Below are positions 21,403-32,997 of a stretch of 32,997 nucleotides of DNA, in pieces. This stretch comes from Tubiluchus corallicola (lineage: Eukaryota; Animalia; Priapulida). Within the stretch, counting starts at the first letter, position 1, and every line of letters begins with the position of its first letter. The notes under the pieces were generated by a model. The model worked only from the letters and a program-made list of their open reading frames with translations. It had not been told where the DNA came from and did no database searches. Both the position numbers and the translations under genes were made by a program. The stretch lies in assembly GCA_030141605.1 (NCBI GenBank), contig JAQGDQ010001599.1, positions 1-32,997 on the forward strand. Reading direction: 5' to 3'.

Positions 21403-23199
21403 GAAAGTATGCAGCACATCTCACAAAAATCTTACTCGTACTGCTACAAGCACGCACTGGTCACGGTTTAGTTCTACCTTTTCGCGTACGTTGATAGAAG
21501 CAAACTCTCGTTCCTGTGCAAGTTGTCTGCGGCTTCTTTAGCAAAATACCTAAAACAGAGGAAAACGTCATTTTAATAACAGAATTAACGTCAGTGCTAC
21601 AAATGAGAAAAGTATTCACTCATAATAGCAACATGTTCTATACAAAGGTAGTCATAAATGTCTGTGTATTTTTAAAGCACCAAATCCCGACTATGGCGAT
21701 TGTTCAAGCCATATCAGTCCAATTTACCAAAAAGAGGAGAAAATGCATTTCTTTAATAATTTTCGTCTGATTTTGATCATTCGTGTCAGCAGCTGATCTT
21801 GAGTATTTGTATGAATATCAACAAAAATCAAAGTTTCGTCGAACATTGGAATGTTGTGAAGAGCAGTTTTTGAAGCCATACTTTCAATAACTTTAAAAGT
21901 TCAAACCATGGATTTATTTATTCATTTATTGTTTACATTAAGCAAAGCAAATTACAAGAGGCAAAGAAAAACTAGACTTAAAAACATTCTACATCGAGAT
22001 AAAGAAACCAGATGTATGTCGTAAAATGGTTCAAGCACAAAAAACGCATACAACAGAGCAACATATATACATATTAAACTTAATATCACATATAATTAGC
22101 AGTTAGTCAGTCAGTCAAGCTTGCACTGAGTGATATCTCAGTCGGGCCTGTCTTCAAACATTTTCAAGACCAATCTAACATTAAATTTAACAACTTCTAC
22201 ATCTTGTGACGCAATTAAAAACCTGAACTGCTCATTAGAAGACATATAATGAAACTTAGGACAAAAATCGGAAAGAATACAAACTATATCTTATCACCGA
22301 AGTCTTAGTCAATATTATTCGAAGCGGATTTGATGTTACAATTTACAATTTCGTTTATAAATTCTGAAAACAATTTGTACGATGCCTTGTGCCTGCTGGC
22401 TTCTTGTACAGTACACTTACTGCAATACGGGAAGAAAATAGAAGCCATTTACCCTAGCTGCATTACACGATGTAAATATCCTAATGCCATTTGCTCGTGT
22501 TCCTGTACATCATTCTGGGCTTTAATGTCAGGCATTGAGAGAGTCCGTCAGAGTGAACGCAACACTGTTAAGTGGCTTAGGCGATATTTGTTTCTTCAGA
22601 TGATGATGGTAAATCTTTATTTGACCAGTATATTTACATACAGATACATGCAAGGCTCTTTGCATGCCGATAATTCTGCACTGTATGATAGAAGAGTATA
22701 CGCATAACACGGACAATTATAATTATGTCCTTAATGCATGTACCACAAATTTGCTTATCAAAGATTCTAGCAATTATTTATAATAATTAAGGCCCATAAT
22801 AACAGAATTCATTCACTGGGATTATTTAGATTGCATTATTAGGAAAGTATTAAAAATGATAAACTTTTCTACATGCACGCTTTACTTACAAATATATAAG
22901 AACAAGGACTTTTGCTAAAATTTACCATAAAAACAGGATAAATTTTGGTGTAAAAGCTGGTGGAATAATTGTGCAAATGCACATCGGTGAGTTTCTATAG
23001 TTTATTGTATTTCTTAATCTCTTGCTCGGCATCTGGCAGACAACTAAAATCGACTAGTTTTAGACTCCATTCATTCTTGCACATCCATAGAAGATTTGGT
23101 CACTGGAACCATTGTTGAACAACAAACTTGTTTATAACCTGGCCTCTGGATAAGCTGGGTTGTTGCAGCAAAACAATAACTTTCCAGTTTAAATCAGAG

Positions 23200-23982
23200 G
23201 CTAAATTAGACGTAAAGGATCAAAGATGGATCACACTAGACTAACTTTCTAGTTGAAACCAGAAAGAAGCAATACCTTTCGATAACGGTTTTTCTGGTCA
23301 ACATTGTAGATGCTCCAAAAAAGCAGCAATATTACACATCTCATCTTCTAGCTGGTAGTGCACCTCTTGTAGAATCCTCGCCGGTTTACTATGCCTTATC
23401 TGCTTTATCAAAAGTTTCTTCCACAATTCCAGTCACCATACACCCAGATCCTACCACTCAACTGACACCCTCCACTTTCATCATTGTATGGGTCAGTGCA
23501 TTGCATAAGCCTTGACAGCTTGAGATCACAAACACTATCTCCACAAATACACTCAACATTCTGTTGAAATGCTTTGATGAACTGATGGCTCTGAAGGGGA
23601 TCTCCATTAAAAGCCTGTACCTCAATATTCAACATGTTAAGCAAACTCAACAGCTCACACCCAACACGTGGACCAGCCCAACTGACCCGGTGAGGCAGCT
23701 GGAGACTTCTGTTTCACAGCTGTAATATGTTGCTTTGCAGTTTTCCTGCACCTCTTGGAAGTAAGCATGGCTGGCTTCCAAGTCTTCTTCACTCTCCAAT
23801 ATCTGATAAGAATCATGTGCTTCAGTGAACTTCTTGAAGATGCGCTTCAGTTTTCTAACTCTTTCAGCTAATTTTTGCATGTGTCTTCAGCTAGCAACTG
23901 CTTAACCCGATTGACATGCTTAGTGACAGCCCTCTTGGCATTTGACCTGGCATTCTTCAACTTAGCTGAAACCTTCTTTCAC
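23200..23982 (-). mobile_element. BEL/Pao LTR-retrotransposon gag remnant
   Basis: KLKNARSNAKRAVTKHVNRVKQLL..., FKKFTEAHDSY, and LNIEVQAFNGDPLQSHQFIKAFQQNV...LKLSRLMQCT (DUF1759-like F-x-GDP motif), with several frameshifts. The left boundary is approximate. Confidence 0.85.
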
Positions 23983-24521
23983 TGTAAACCTGGCTGTTTT
24001 CTTGAAAGATTTTTATTTTCCTCTACTTAGAAAAAATGTGAAACTGCAATACAAAACAAGGAAAAGGAAAATCAAACAAAGATAAAGTAACAGTAAAGTG
24101 CAAATAAATCTGTAATAAGCACAATCACATTAATAACAGACGTAAGATGAAAGTGATTTTAAATTAAATCATTACGTCACAAGAAGACAAAGACAAAAAT
24201 TTGCTAATAAACAAACTTTTTAATCCTGACAAAAAGCAAGCAACTGCACACGCATGCACACTTATACACAGCACAAGCACGCAATAGCACGCGCTTTAAA
24301 CACATACTAAAAATTAAATATTTACCTTGATTGTGACCATCAGAAACTACAAAACCAACAAATAAAGTATTACAAAGTTCTACGTGAAAATAAGTAAACA
24401 AATGCACTTACATTCCCTTGAGGTTCTGCATCGCAAACTTCAGACCAATTTTTCGAAATCAACAGACACAAATGATTTACAACTGCAGCATATTGAAACA
24501 CAAGCGCGAGACACAACTACA
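23983..24521 (-). mobile_element. Probable 5' LTR of the BEL/Pao element (539 bp)
   Basis: On the minus strand it begins TGTAG and ends TTTACA, has AATAAA about 30 nt before the end, and lies directly upstream of gag. No second LTR is present to confirm it. Confidence 0.5.
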
Positions 24522-25262
24522 GGCATCTATACAAAACAGAATTTTGCACTGCCCAACGGCTAACAGGCATCTATACAACTAAAACAGAATTTTGCACTGC
24601 CCAACGGCTAACAGGCATCTATACAACTAAAACAGAATTTTGCACTGCCCAACGGCTAACAGGCATCTAAACAAAACAGAATTTTGCACTGCCCAGCGGC
24701 TAACAGGCATCCATACAACTAAAACAGAATTTTGCACAACCCAACGGCTAACAGGAGTCTATACAACTAAAACAGAATTTTGCACTGACCAACTGCTAAC
24801 AGGCATCTATACAACTAAAGCAGAATTTTGCACTGCCCAGCGGCTAACAGGCATCCATACAAAACAGAATTTTGCACTGCCCAGCGGCTAACAGGCATCT
24901 AAACAAAACAGAATTTTGCACTGCCCAACGGCTAACAGGCATATATACAACTAAAACAGAATTTTGCACAACCCAACGGCTAACAGGAGTCTATACAACT
25001 AAAACAGAATTTTGCACTGACCAACTGCTAACAGGCATCTATACAACTAAAGCAGAATTTTGCACTGCCCAGCGGCTAACAGGCATCCATACAAAACAGA
25101 ATTTTGCACTGCCCAGCGGCTAACAGGCATCTAAACAAAACAGAATTTTGCACTGCCCAACGGCTAACAGGCATATATACAACTAAAACAGAATTTTGCA
25201 CAACCCAACGGCTAACAGGAGTCTATACAACTAAAACAGAATTTTGCACTGCCTAACGGCTA
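24519..25262. repeat. 48/44-bp tandem array, 16 units, with a 232-bp five-unit higher-order repeat
   Basis: Consensus ACAGGCATCTATACA(ACTA)AAACAGAATTTTGCACTGCCCAACGGCTA. The variant ACAGGAGTCT recurs at 24751, 24983 and 25215. Confidence 0.97.
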
Positions 25263-25769
25263 TCGAACTTAGAGCAGCAAGGTATGTTAAACAAACGAGC
25301 CTACAGGTAATGCAATATAAACATGCTCCCCAATCTTCACACCTGGCTTCACTAAACAGAAGACCGGGAGATAATACTGAGGATAAGACGTTCCAATATG
25401 TAAACTGAGAAATGGACTCAATAGAAACCACAACGTCTTTCAAAAATTTTGGAAGTAAGATATGTCCAAGCAGTCCATCGTTAAATATTTGTTGCAAATG
25501 TGAACTGATGGATCGAATACATTTTTTACATCTAATAGATCGAATTGGATAGATGGATAGATCTATTGATTATTGACCCATAAATTATTGGCATATGGCC
25601 AACAGCGTCGACTAAAACAATAAAAAACATTTCATGCATAACAATAGATTACATGCATGTTCGGATAGATTTTGCAACTGCACGCTGTATTATAGTATTT
25701 TGTGGGTACATCAGACACAACAGTTTTTCAATTACAGTTAAAGTATTAAAAGTAATTTCATATTGACAA

Positions 25770-26110
25770 ACTCGGGATGCACACACTGTATCTCGACGCT
25801 AGGCGGGAGGAGCTGCACAAGCAGCCAACGGCTAGAGGGCGGAGGAGGTCAAGTGACCCAACGGCCATGTGTAGAGGAGTAAACCTTCCAAATCAGGAGT
25901 GCAGCTCCGAAGGCGGACCAGTGCAGCATGCTCACTGACTCCGGCAGCTCCTGCAGCCAACCTGGTGCCAAACGTATTGCTCTGCTTTCCTTTGGACTAC
26001 ACCAGGGAGGAAGAGAGGGGGTTCCTGCGGTGTGGGCAACTCAGGATCTCCATTCACCTTGCCCAGGCGTACGCCCTGGAGACGTTCAAGGATCGGATTG
26101 CTCAGCCACA
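25770..26110 (+). mobile_element. Possible highly degraded LINE 3' end
   Basis: GC-rich patch with LGMHTL, RQLLQPTWCQTYCSAFL and AQAYALETFKDRI in different frames, loosely like LINE ORF2 C-termini. Confidence 0.35.
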
Positions 26111-26646
26111 GTCGATGCTGCAGCTCCATCAATGTGATCAATAACTGACTCTCTTGGCGCACACCCAACTGTCTTCCGAGACAGAAGGATGCCAGCAATA
26201 ACGTGCAATTTGTGGTTGTACATATCTACCACTTTCAACAGCCAACATGAGCATTAGTAGTAGTATAGCTTATTGACTATAAATACAATGATGAATACAA
26301 AAACTGGGGTAGCAGAAAACAATAAAATTTACAGTCCAAAATTATTCTTTTCAAGATCTAAATTTTGTCAAGGCCTTTCTATCTTTAATATTCCTAACAT
26401 GTTCTAAATCAGTTTCCAGTTCAAAATTCGGTTTAAATGATCTATAAACAGATAATTTGCTCACAGAGTCTCTCCATGATATAACATACATGTAATTCAC
26501 GCGCAGTTCATTTCTGGAATATATACAGTATGCGGTGCTACGTTGTGTTATAACCTCATGTTAATTTGGTGTTAAATACTTCACAGTGTAACATACCACG
26601 CAATTTTTTTTTACACATCGAATGCCTCTTTTACGAGAGCGTATTA

Positions 26647-26861
26647 GGGTCATGATATCGGATTAATTATAAAAAATCTGGTTATAAGCAATTTGATGCT
26701 ATCCGATTGTTAAAAAATCTAGTTATAACCACATTTTTATGTTTTCCGTCTGATTATAAAAAATGTGGTTATAACTAATTTTTTGCCATCTGATTGTTCA
26801 AAGATCTGGTTAATAACGAAATTGTAAAAAAGATTTTTCTTATAATCGGATGTGATGGCCC
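26647..26861. mobile_element. 215-bp MITE (PIF/Harbinger-like or TA-targeting)
   Basis: Left end GGGTCATGATATCGGATTA versus right-end reverse complement GGGCCATCACATCCGATTA, flanked by TTA / TAA. Four internal 40-47 bp subrepeats of ATCYGATTRT-AAAAAATCTGGTTATAAC. Confidence 0.8.
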
Positions 26862-26872
26862 TAATGCGCTTT

Positions 26873-28218
26873 CGTACTCTTTACACATTCAGTCATTGCA
26901 ATTAGATAACATCCCTACATGCACCCTCGCTCTCTCTCTCGTACTCTTTACACATTCAGTCATTACAATTAGATAACATCCCTACTTGCACCCTCGCTCT
27001 CTCTCGTACTCTTTACACATTCAGTCATTGCAATTAGATAACATCCCTACATGCACCCTCGCTCTCTCTCGTACTGTTTACACATTCAGTCATTACAATT
27101 AGATAACATCCCTACTTGCACCCTCGCTCTCTCTCGTACTGTTTACACATTCAGTCATTACAATTAGATAACATCCCTACTTGCACCCTCGCTCTCTCTC
27201 GTACTGTTTACACATTCAGTCATTACAATTAGATAACATCCCTACTTGCACCCTCGCTCTCTCTCTCTCGTACTGTTTACACATTCAGTCATTACAATTA
27301 GATAACATCCCTACTTGCACCCTCGCTCTCTCTCTCGTACTCTTTACACATTCAGTCATTACAATTAGATAACATCCCTACATGCACACTCGCTCTCTCT
27401 CTCTCTCTCGTACACTTTACACATTCAGTCATTGCAATTAGATAACATCCCTATTTGCACCCTCGCTCTCTCTCTCGTACTCTTTACACATTCAGTCATT
27501 ACAATTAGATAACATCCCTACATGCACACTCGCTCTCTCTCTCTCTCGTACTCTTTACACATTCAGTCATTACAATTAGATAACATCCCTACTTCCAGCC
27601 TCGCTCTCTCTCGTACTGTTTACACATTCAGTCATTACAATTAGATAACATCCCTACTTGCACCCTCGCTCTCTCTCGTACTGTTTACACATTCAGTCAT
27701 TACAATTAGATAACATCCCTACTTGCACCCTCGCTCTCTCTCTCGTACTCTTTACACATTCAGTCATTACAATTAGATAACATCCCTACTTGCACCCTCG
27801 CTCTCTCTCTCGTACTCTTTACACATTCAGTCATTACAATTAGATAACATCCCTACATGCACACTCGCTCTCTCTCTCTCTCTCGTACACTTTACACATT
27901 CAGTCATTGCAATTAGATAACATCCCTATTTGCACCCTCGCTCTCTCTCTCGTACTCTTTACACATTCAGTCATTACAATTAGATAACATCCCTACATGC
28001 ACACTCGCTCTCTCTCTCTCTCGTACTCTTTACACATTCAGTCATTACAATTAGATAACATCCCTACTTCCAGCCTCGCTCTCTCTCTCGTACTCTTTAC
28101 ACATTCAGTCATTACAATTAGATAACATCCCTACTTCCACCCTCGCTCTCTCTCGTACTCTTTACACATTCAGTCATTACAATTAGATAACATCCCTACT
28201 TCCAGCCTCGCTCTCTCT
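26873..28218. repeat. 65-73 bp tandem array, 20 units, each ending in a variable (CT)n
   Basis: Consensus CGTACTCTTTACACATTCAGTCATTACAATTAGATAACATCCCTACTTGCACCCTCG(CT)n. Units 8-11 recur 475 bp later as units 15-18. Confidence 0.98.
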
Positions 28219-28742
28219 TGCTGTTACTTATTTAGATTTATTAGCTCTCTAATTCCTGTGATGGACACTCGTTGTTGTGGTGGGTGTCGTGCGTGGTCCA
28301 ACAATTGAATGGAATATCAAGGAGCAACACACAAAATGATTGCAACCAGCTCTTTAAGATCCCAGTGGACGAATAAACATGTAAATATGTACTACCTAAG
28401 TGGTTGATCTCAAGAACTAAATGGACAGAGAAGGTCAATACTATGACGTGGAGTTCCGGGGAAGAGGGGGCTGGTCAGCACCAAGTCAATTGCAATTTCA
28501 TTCTCCGATTTTACATGTCTCATTCATGTACAGTTAGTTAGTTTATTGACCATAATAATAGTTACATGTACATTACGTATACAAATGATCTTTACGGTGC
28601 ATATTAAATAACACATTACTATACAGCTATGATTAAGCACACAGAAGATGAAAACATATTAAATAAAAACACTTAAATTTTCCCCCTGCTAAATATCAAA
28701 CGTATTTCAAATTTCAAAACACAGTTTAAAGAATTCGTTCAA

Positions 28743-29136
28743 AGGAAGACAGGATGATTTTTTACATACTACCCCATTTTCAAGTAAGGTAAAAAGAATA
28801 CATTTTCACACAATTAATATTGCAAAAGCGTTTCTGATAATCAAAATAATAGATTAAACTTTTGTTTAACGGCGGGCGTGCTCAGCTATTGACATCACAA
28901 ACTAACATAATTTTCAGCAGCTAAAATATTCCATTGAACTACACTGCTACTGTAAGAGATTCAGTGTATTGTTACTAGGCAAGTTTTAAGATAAAAATTG
29001 AAATTTCAATTCGCTGCTGTGCTGATGCAGGAGCTGTCGAAGGTGGCAAAACGCATGTAACAGCGAAGAACTAGTAGCGCAAACGTAAAATTGTATTTGT
29101 GTGTATGGCAGATTTTTTTTTAAATTCTGTCTGCCC
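28743..29136. mobile_element. Dispersed repeat copy 2 (same family as 3318-3760)
   Basis: Colinear similarity to copy 1. Ends AGGAAGACAGGAT and ATTCTGTCTGCCC form an imperfect inverted repeat. Confidence 0.75.
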
Positions 29137-29208
29137 ACGTCGACCCTATAGGACTATTAGATACCCTTGATCTAGTACTAGTACCAGATGAGTTGTTAAT
29201 ACAAAAGA

Positions 29209-29463
29209 CAACAATAACAATAACAATAACTATAATAATAACAACAACAACAGCAGCAGCTGCAACAACAACAACAACAATAATAATAAGGGTACTTGAT
29301 ACTTGTTTCCAAAGCGACTATTATTACCTGCATGTTATCTCATACAACCTGCGTGTCTCTATAATGAACCAGCAGCATCATTTCTTGTCTTTGGTATGAC
29401 TACACCAGAATTGAACCCACAACCAGAAGGAATGCACGCTAACATTGAGCTATACCTCCGGTC
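29209..29463 (-). mobile_element. tRNA-derived SINE with Meta-like core, L2-like tail and (TTA/TTG)n end
   Basis: Minus strand: A box TAGCTCAATGTTAG (29452-29439), B box GGTTCAATTCT (29417-29407), GTCATACCAAAGAC (29400-29387), GTCGCTTTGGAAACAAGTATC (29318-29298), then trinucleotide repeats. Confidence 0.82.
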
Positions 29464-30761
29464 TAGAATATTTTTTATTTTATTTTTGTGTAAAAGCATG
29501 ATGGTTACGTGTTTTACTTTACTGATACGGAGAAACAATTATGAGAGCGAAAGAGTTTAAGATAGAATAAATACGAATACTAAAAAGACAAGCGAAGAAA
29601 ACAATCCTCATAAATGAAGCTTGAAAAATTTCGTATCACCTGACATGCTGTCGTGTTGCATGCAAAGTTTGGGTTAGCAAAACACTGTGAAAGAAATGTA
29701 AATTTAAACTCAGTTGATCATTAAGAGCAGCTATTTTGACGGACAGTCGATTTGTAGCAAGTCTAGATAACATTGCATAAAGTTTGAAAAAATAATCAGA
29801 GCATTCGTTGCATACACGACACTAACCAAGCAAAAATACGAATTACTGTATCTTGTCCATAAGTTTAATAATGTGTTTTGGTGCATGCTGGGATAGTGAA
29901 ACAGTGACGTTTTCCAGCATACCTTTGATATATAGGCATTTAAATTATCAAGAATTATCTTTTCTAGTTACATAAGTCGAACATAAGTTTCCAACAGCTA
30001 AGCGTAATGCTAATTAATTTAACTTTTTATGGATATATTTTTAATTTCCATTTTCTTCCCGCTTCAAACAGAATGAAAATTTATATCAGCAGTCCTTGGC
30101 ACATTTTAAAAAAGATTGATACGAAACACATTCTGTTGCTTCAACGCTGCCATTCCAATATTGATTCACTTGAGAATTGTGTAGGTGGCGCTCCTCTTTG
30201 AGAAGTGTTTCCAGAACCTTCCAACCTAGAAAATCACAAGAATGCTTTTGTAGTAGATCTCTGTCTCTAAGTAAATTTCAGCGATCATTAAAGTGCAGAC
30301 TCACTAAGCTGAACTTGACGATTGTTTGACCGACTTAGACTGAATCTAGTCTTACATTTCACAGAATAAAGATGGTGACGATTGCATTAATCTTGACATT
30401 AACGATGACGGCGACAATAAAAAGTACTATTAAAACATTATATATTACTTTTGAATAGTTCATTGGAATGAAAAAAATATGGCCTATCTTATTAGAAACA
30501 CAATTTTTTGACATCTCTTATGCACTGCCGGCTAAGAATATAACATCCTTATGTAAAATAAGACATGTCCACTGGAATAGGAGGTGCCTGGTCAATACCC
30601 AGTAGGTTTACAGATAGCAAATCTGCTTTAACTGACTGTTCATAAATTGAGACTTGACTTCAGATCCCCCTGCTAACTTACAGCGACATGTACACTTTCT
30701 ACACTAAATCAAGATTGGGGTATTCAATGTATAAACCAGAGCAGAAGAATAACGCCGAAGA

Positions 30762-32997
30762 AACTTAACTATACTACTCAAGAGTGACACGCAGACAACT
30801 TAACAGTACTATTCAAGAGTGACACACAGACAACTTAACAGTGCTGTTCATGAATGATACGGAGACAAGTTAATTGTACTATTCAAGAGTGATACGGAGA
30901 CAACTTAACAGTACTATTCAAGAGTGATACGGAGACAAGTTAACTATTCTACTCAAGAGTGACACTGAGACAACTTAACTGTACTATTCAAGAATGATTC
31001 GCAGACAAGTTAACTATTCTACTCAAGAGTGACATTGAGACAACTTAATTGTACTATTCACGAATGATTCGCAGACAAGTTAACTATTCTACTCAAGAGT
31101 GACACTGAGACAACTTAACTATACTATTCAAGAATGATTCGCAGACAAGTTAACTATTCTACTCAAGAGTGACATTGAGACAACTTAACTGTACTATTCA
31201 AGAGTGATGCGGAGACAAGTTAACTATTCTACTCAAGAGCGACATTGAGACAACTTAACTATACTATTCAAGAATGATTCGCAGACAAGTTAACTATTCT
31301 ACTCAAGAGTGACATTGAGACAACTTAACTATACTATTCAAGAATGATTCGCAGACAAGTTAGCTATGCTACTCAAGAGTGACATTGAGACAACTTAACT
31401 GTACTATTCAAGAGTGATGCGGAGACAAGTTAGCTATTCTACTCAAGAGCGACATTGAGACAACTTAACTGTACTATTCAAGAATGATTCGCAGACAAGT
31501 TAACTATTCTACTCAAGAGCGACATTGAGACAACTTAACTGTACTATTCAAGAGTGATGCGGAGACAAGTTAGCTGTACTACTCAAGAATGACATTGAGA
31601 CAACTTAACTGTACTATTCAAGAGTGATGCGGAGACAAATTAACTATTCTACTCAAGAGTGACACTGAGACAACTTAACTGTACTATTAAAGAATGATTC
31701 GCAGACAAGTTAGCTATGCTACTCAAGAGTGACATTGAGACAACTTAACTGTACTATTCAAGAGTGATGCGGAGACAAATTAACTATTCTACTCAAGAGC
31801 GACATTGAGACAACTTAATTGTACTATTCAAGAATGATGCGGAGACAAGTTAGCTATTCTACTCAAGCGTGACATTGAGACAACTTAACTGTACTATTCA
31901 AGAGTGATTCGCAGACAAGTTAACTATTCTACTTAAGAGTGACATTGAGACAACTTAATTGTACTATTCAAGAGTGATTCGCAGACAAGTTAACTATTCT
32001 ACTCAAGAGTGACATTGAGACAACTTAATTGTACTATTCAAGAATGATTCGCAGACAAGTTAACTATTCTACTTAAGAGTGACATTGAGACAACTTAACT
32101 GTACTATTCAAGAATGATTCGCAGACAAGTTAACTATTCTACTCAAGAATGACATTGAGACAACTTAACTGTACTATTCAAGAGTGATTCGCAGACAAGT
32201 TAACTATTCTACTCAAGAGTGACATTGAGACAACTTAATTGTACTATTCAAGAATGATTCGCAGACAAGTTAACTATTCTACTCAAGAGTGACATTGAGA
32301 CAACTTAATTGTACTATTCAAGGTGATTCGCAGACAAGTTAACTATTCTACTCAAGAGTGACATTGAGACAACTTAACTGTACTATTCAAGAATGATTCG
32401 CAGACAAGTTAACTATTCTACTCAAGAGTGACATTGAGACAACTTAATTGTACTATTCAAGAATGATTCGCAGACAAGTTAACTATTCTACTCAAGAGTG
32501 ACATTGAGACAACTTAATTGTACTATTCAAGAATGATTCGCAGACAAGTTAACTATTCTACTCAAGAGCGACATTGAGACAACTTAACTGTACTATTCAA
32601 GAATGATTCGCAGACAAGTTAACTATTCTACTCAAGAGTGACATTGAGACAACTTAACTGTACTATTCAAGAATGATTCGCAGACAAGTTAACTATTCTA
32701 CTCAAGAGTGACATTGAGACAACTTAATTGTACTATTCAAGAATGATTCGCAGACAAGTTAACTATTCTACTCAAGAGCGACATTGAGACAACTTAACTG
32801 TACTATTCAAGAATGATTCGCAGACAAGTTAACTATTCTACTCAAGAGTGACATTGAGACAACTTAATTGTACTATTCAAGAGTGATTCGCAGACAAGTT
32901 AACTATTCTACTCAAGAGTGACATTGAGACAACTTAATTGTACTATTCAAGAATGATTCGCAGACAAGTTAACCATTCTACTCAAGAGTGACATTGA
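30762..32997. repeat. 35-bp satellite organised as a 70-bp A/B dimer, about 64 monomers, running off the window end
   Basis: A = GACAACTTAACTGTACTATTCAAGAATGATTCGCA and B = GACAAGTTAACTATTCTACTCAAGAGTGACATTGA alternate from 30934. Confidence 0.98.

Noticed and set aside
22140-22400. Minus-strand peptides LFSEFINEIV and QFRFLIASQDVEVVKF...MFEDR resembling LINE ORF2 pieces
   Set aside because: Too short and discontinuous to call without a profile search.
30762-32997. CRISPR-like 35-bp periodicity (also considered for the other arrays)
   Set aside because: No unique spacers, the alternating units are homologous to each other, there are no cas genes, and the context is eukaryotic.

Overview
AT-rich, intron-containing animal genomic DNA, probably a marine invertebrate (inference; the taxon cannot be fixed from this window). 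Host genes: (i) the last two exons of a trypsin-type serine protease (+, 2270-2396 and 4823-5020), (ii) one isolated C-type lectin exon (+, 7432-7673), and (iii) two related single-coding-exon class A GPCRs arranged tail-to-tail (+ 12214-13242; - 20383-21402). The rest is mostly repeat-derived. It includes a Penelope-like element with a GIY-YIG remnant and a minimal hammerhead ribozyme motif inside the protease intron, a separate Penelope RT scrap, several LINE fragments, a BEL/Pao gag with a probable LTR, hAT-, Kolobok- and Harbinger-like non-autonomous elements, a tRNA-derived SINE, a 5S-derived sequence, microsatellites and four unrelated tandem arrays (33, 48/44, 65-73 and 35/70 bp). Most notable: the U3-A8 variant hammerhead, a GPCR whose last residues and stop codon lie in the terminal unit of a 2.7-kb satellite, and an unexplained hairpin-dense 410-bp island at 9541-9954. 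No CRISPR array or prokaryotic system is present. All calls were made by eye and no database search was run.
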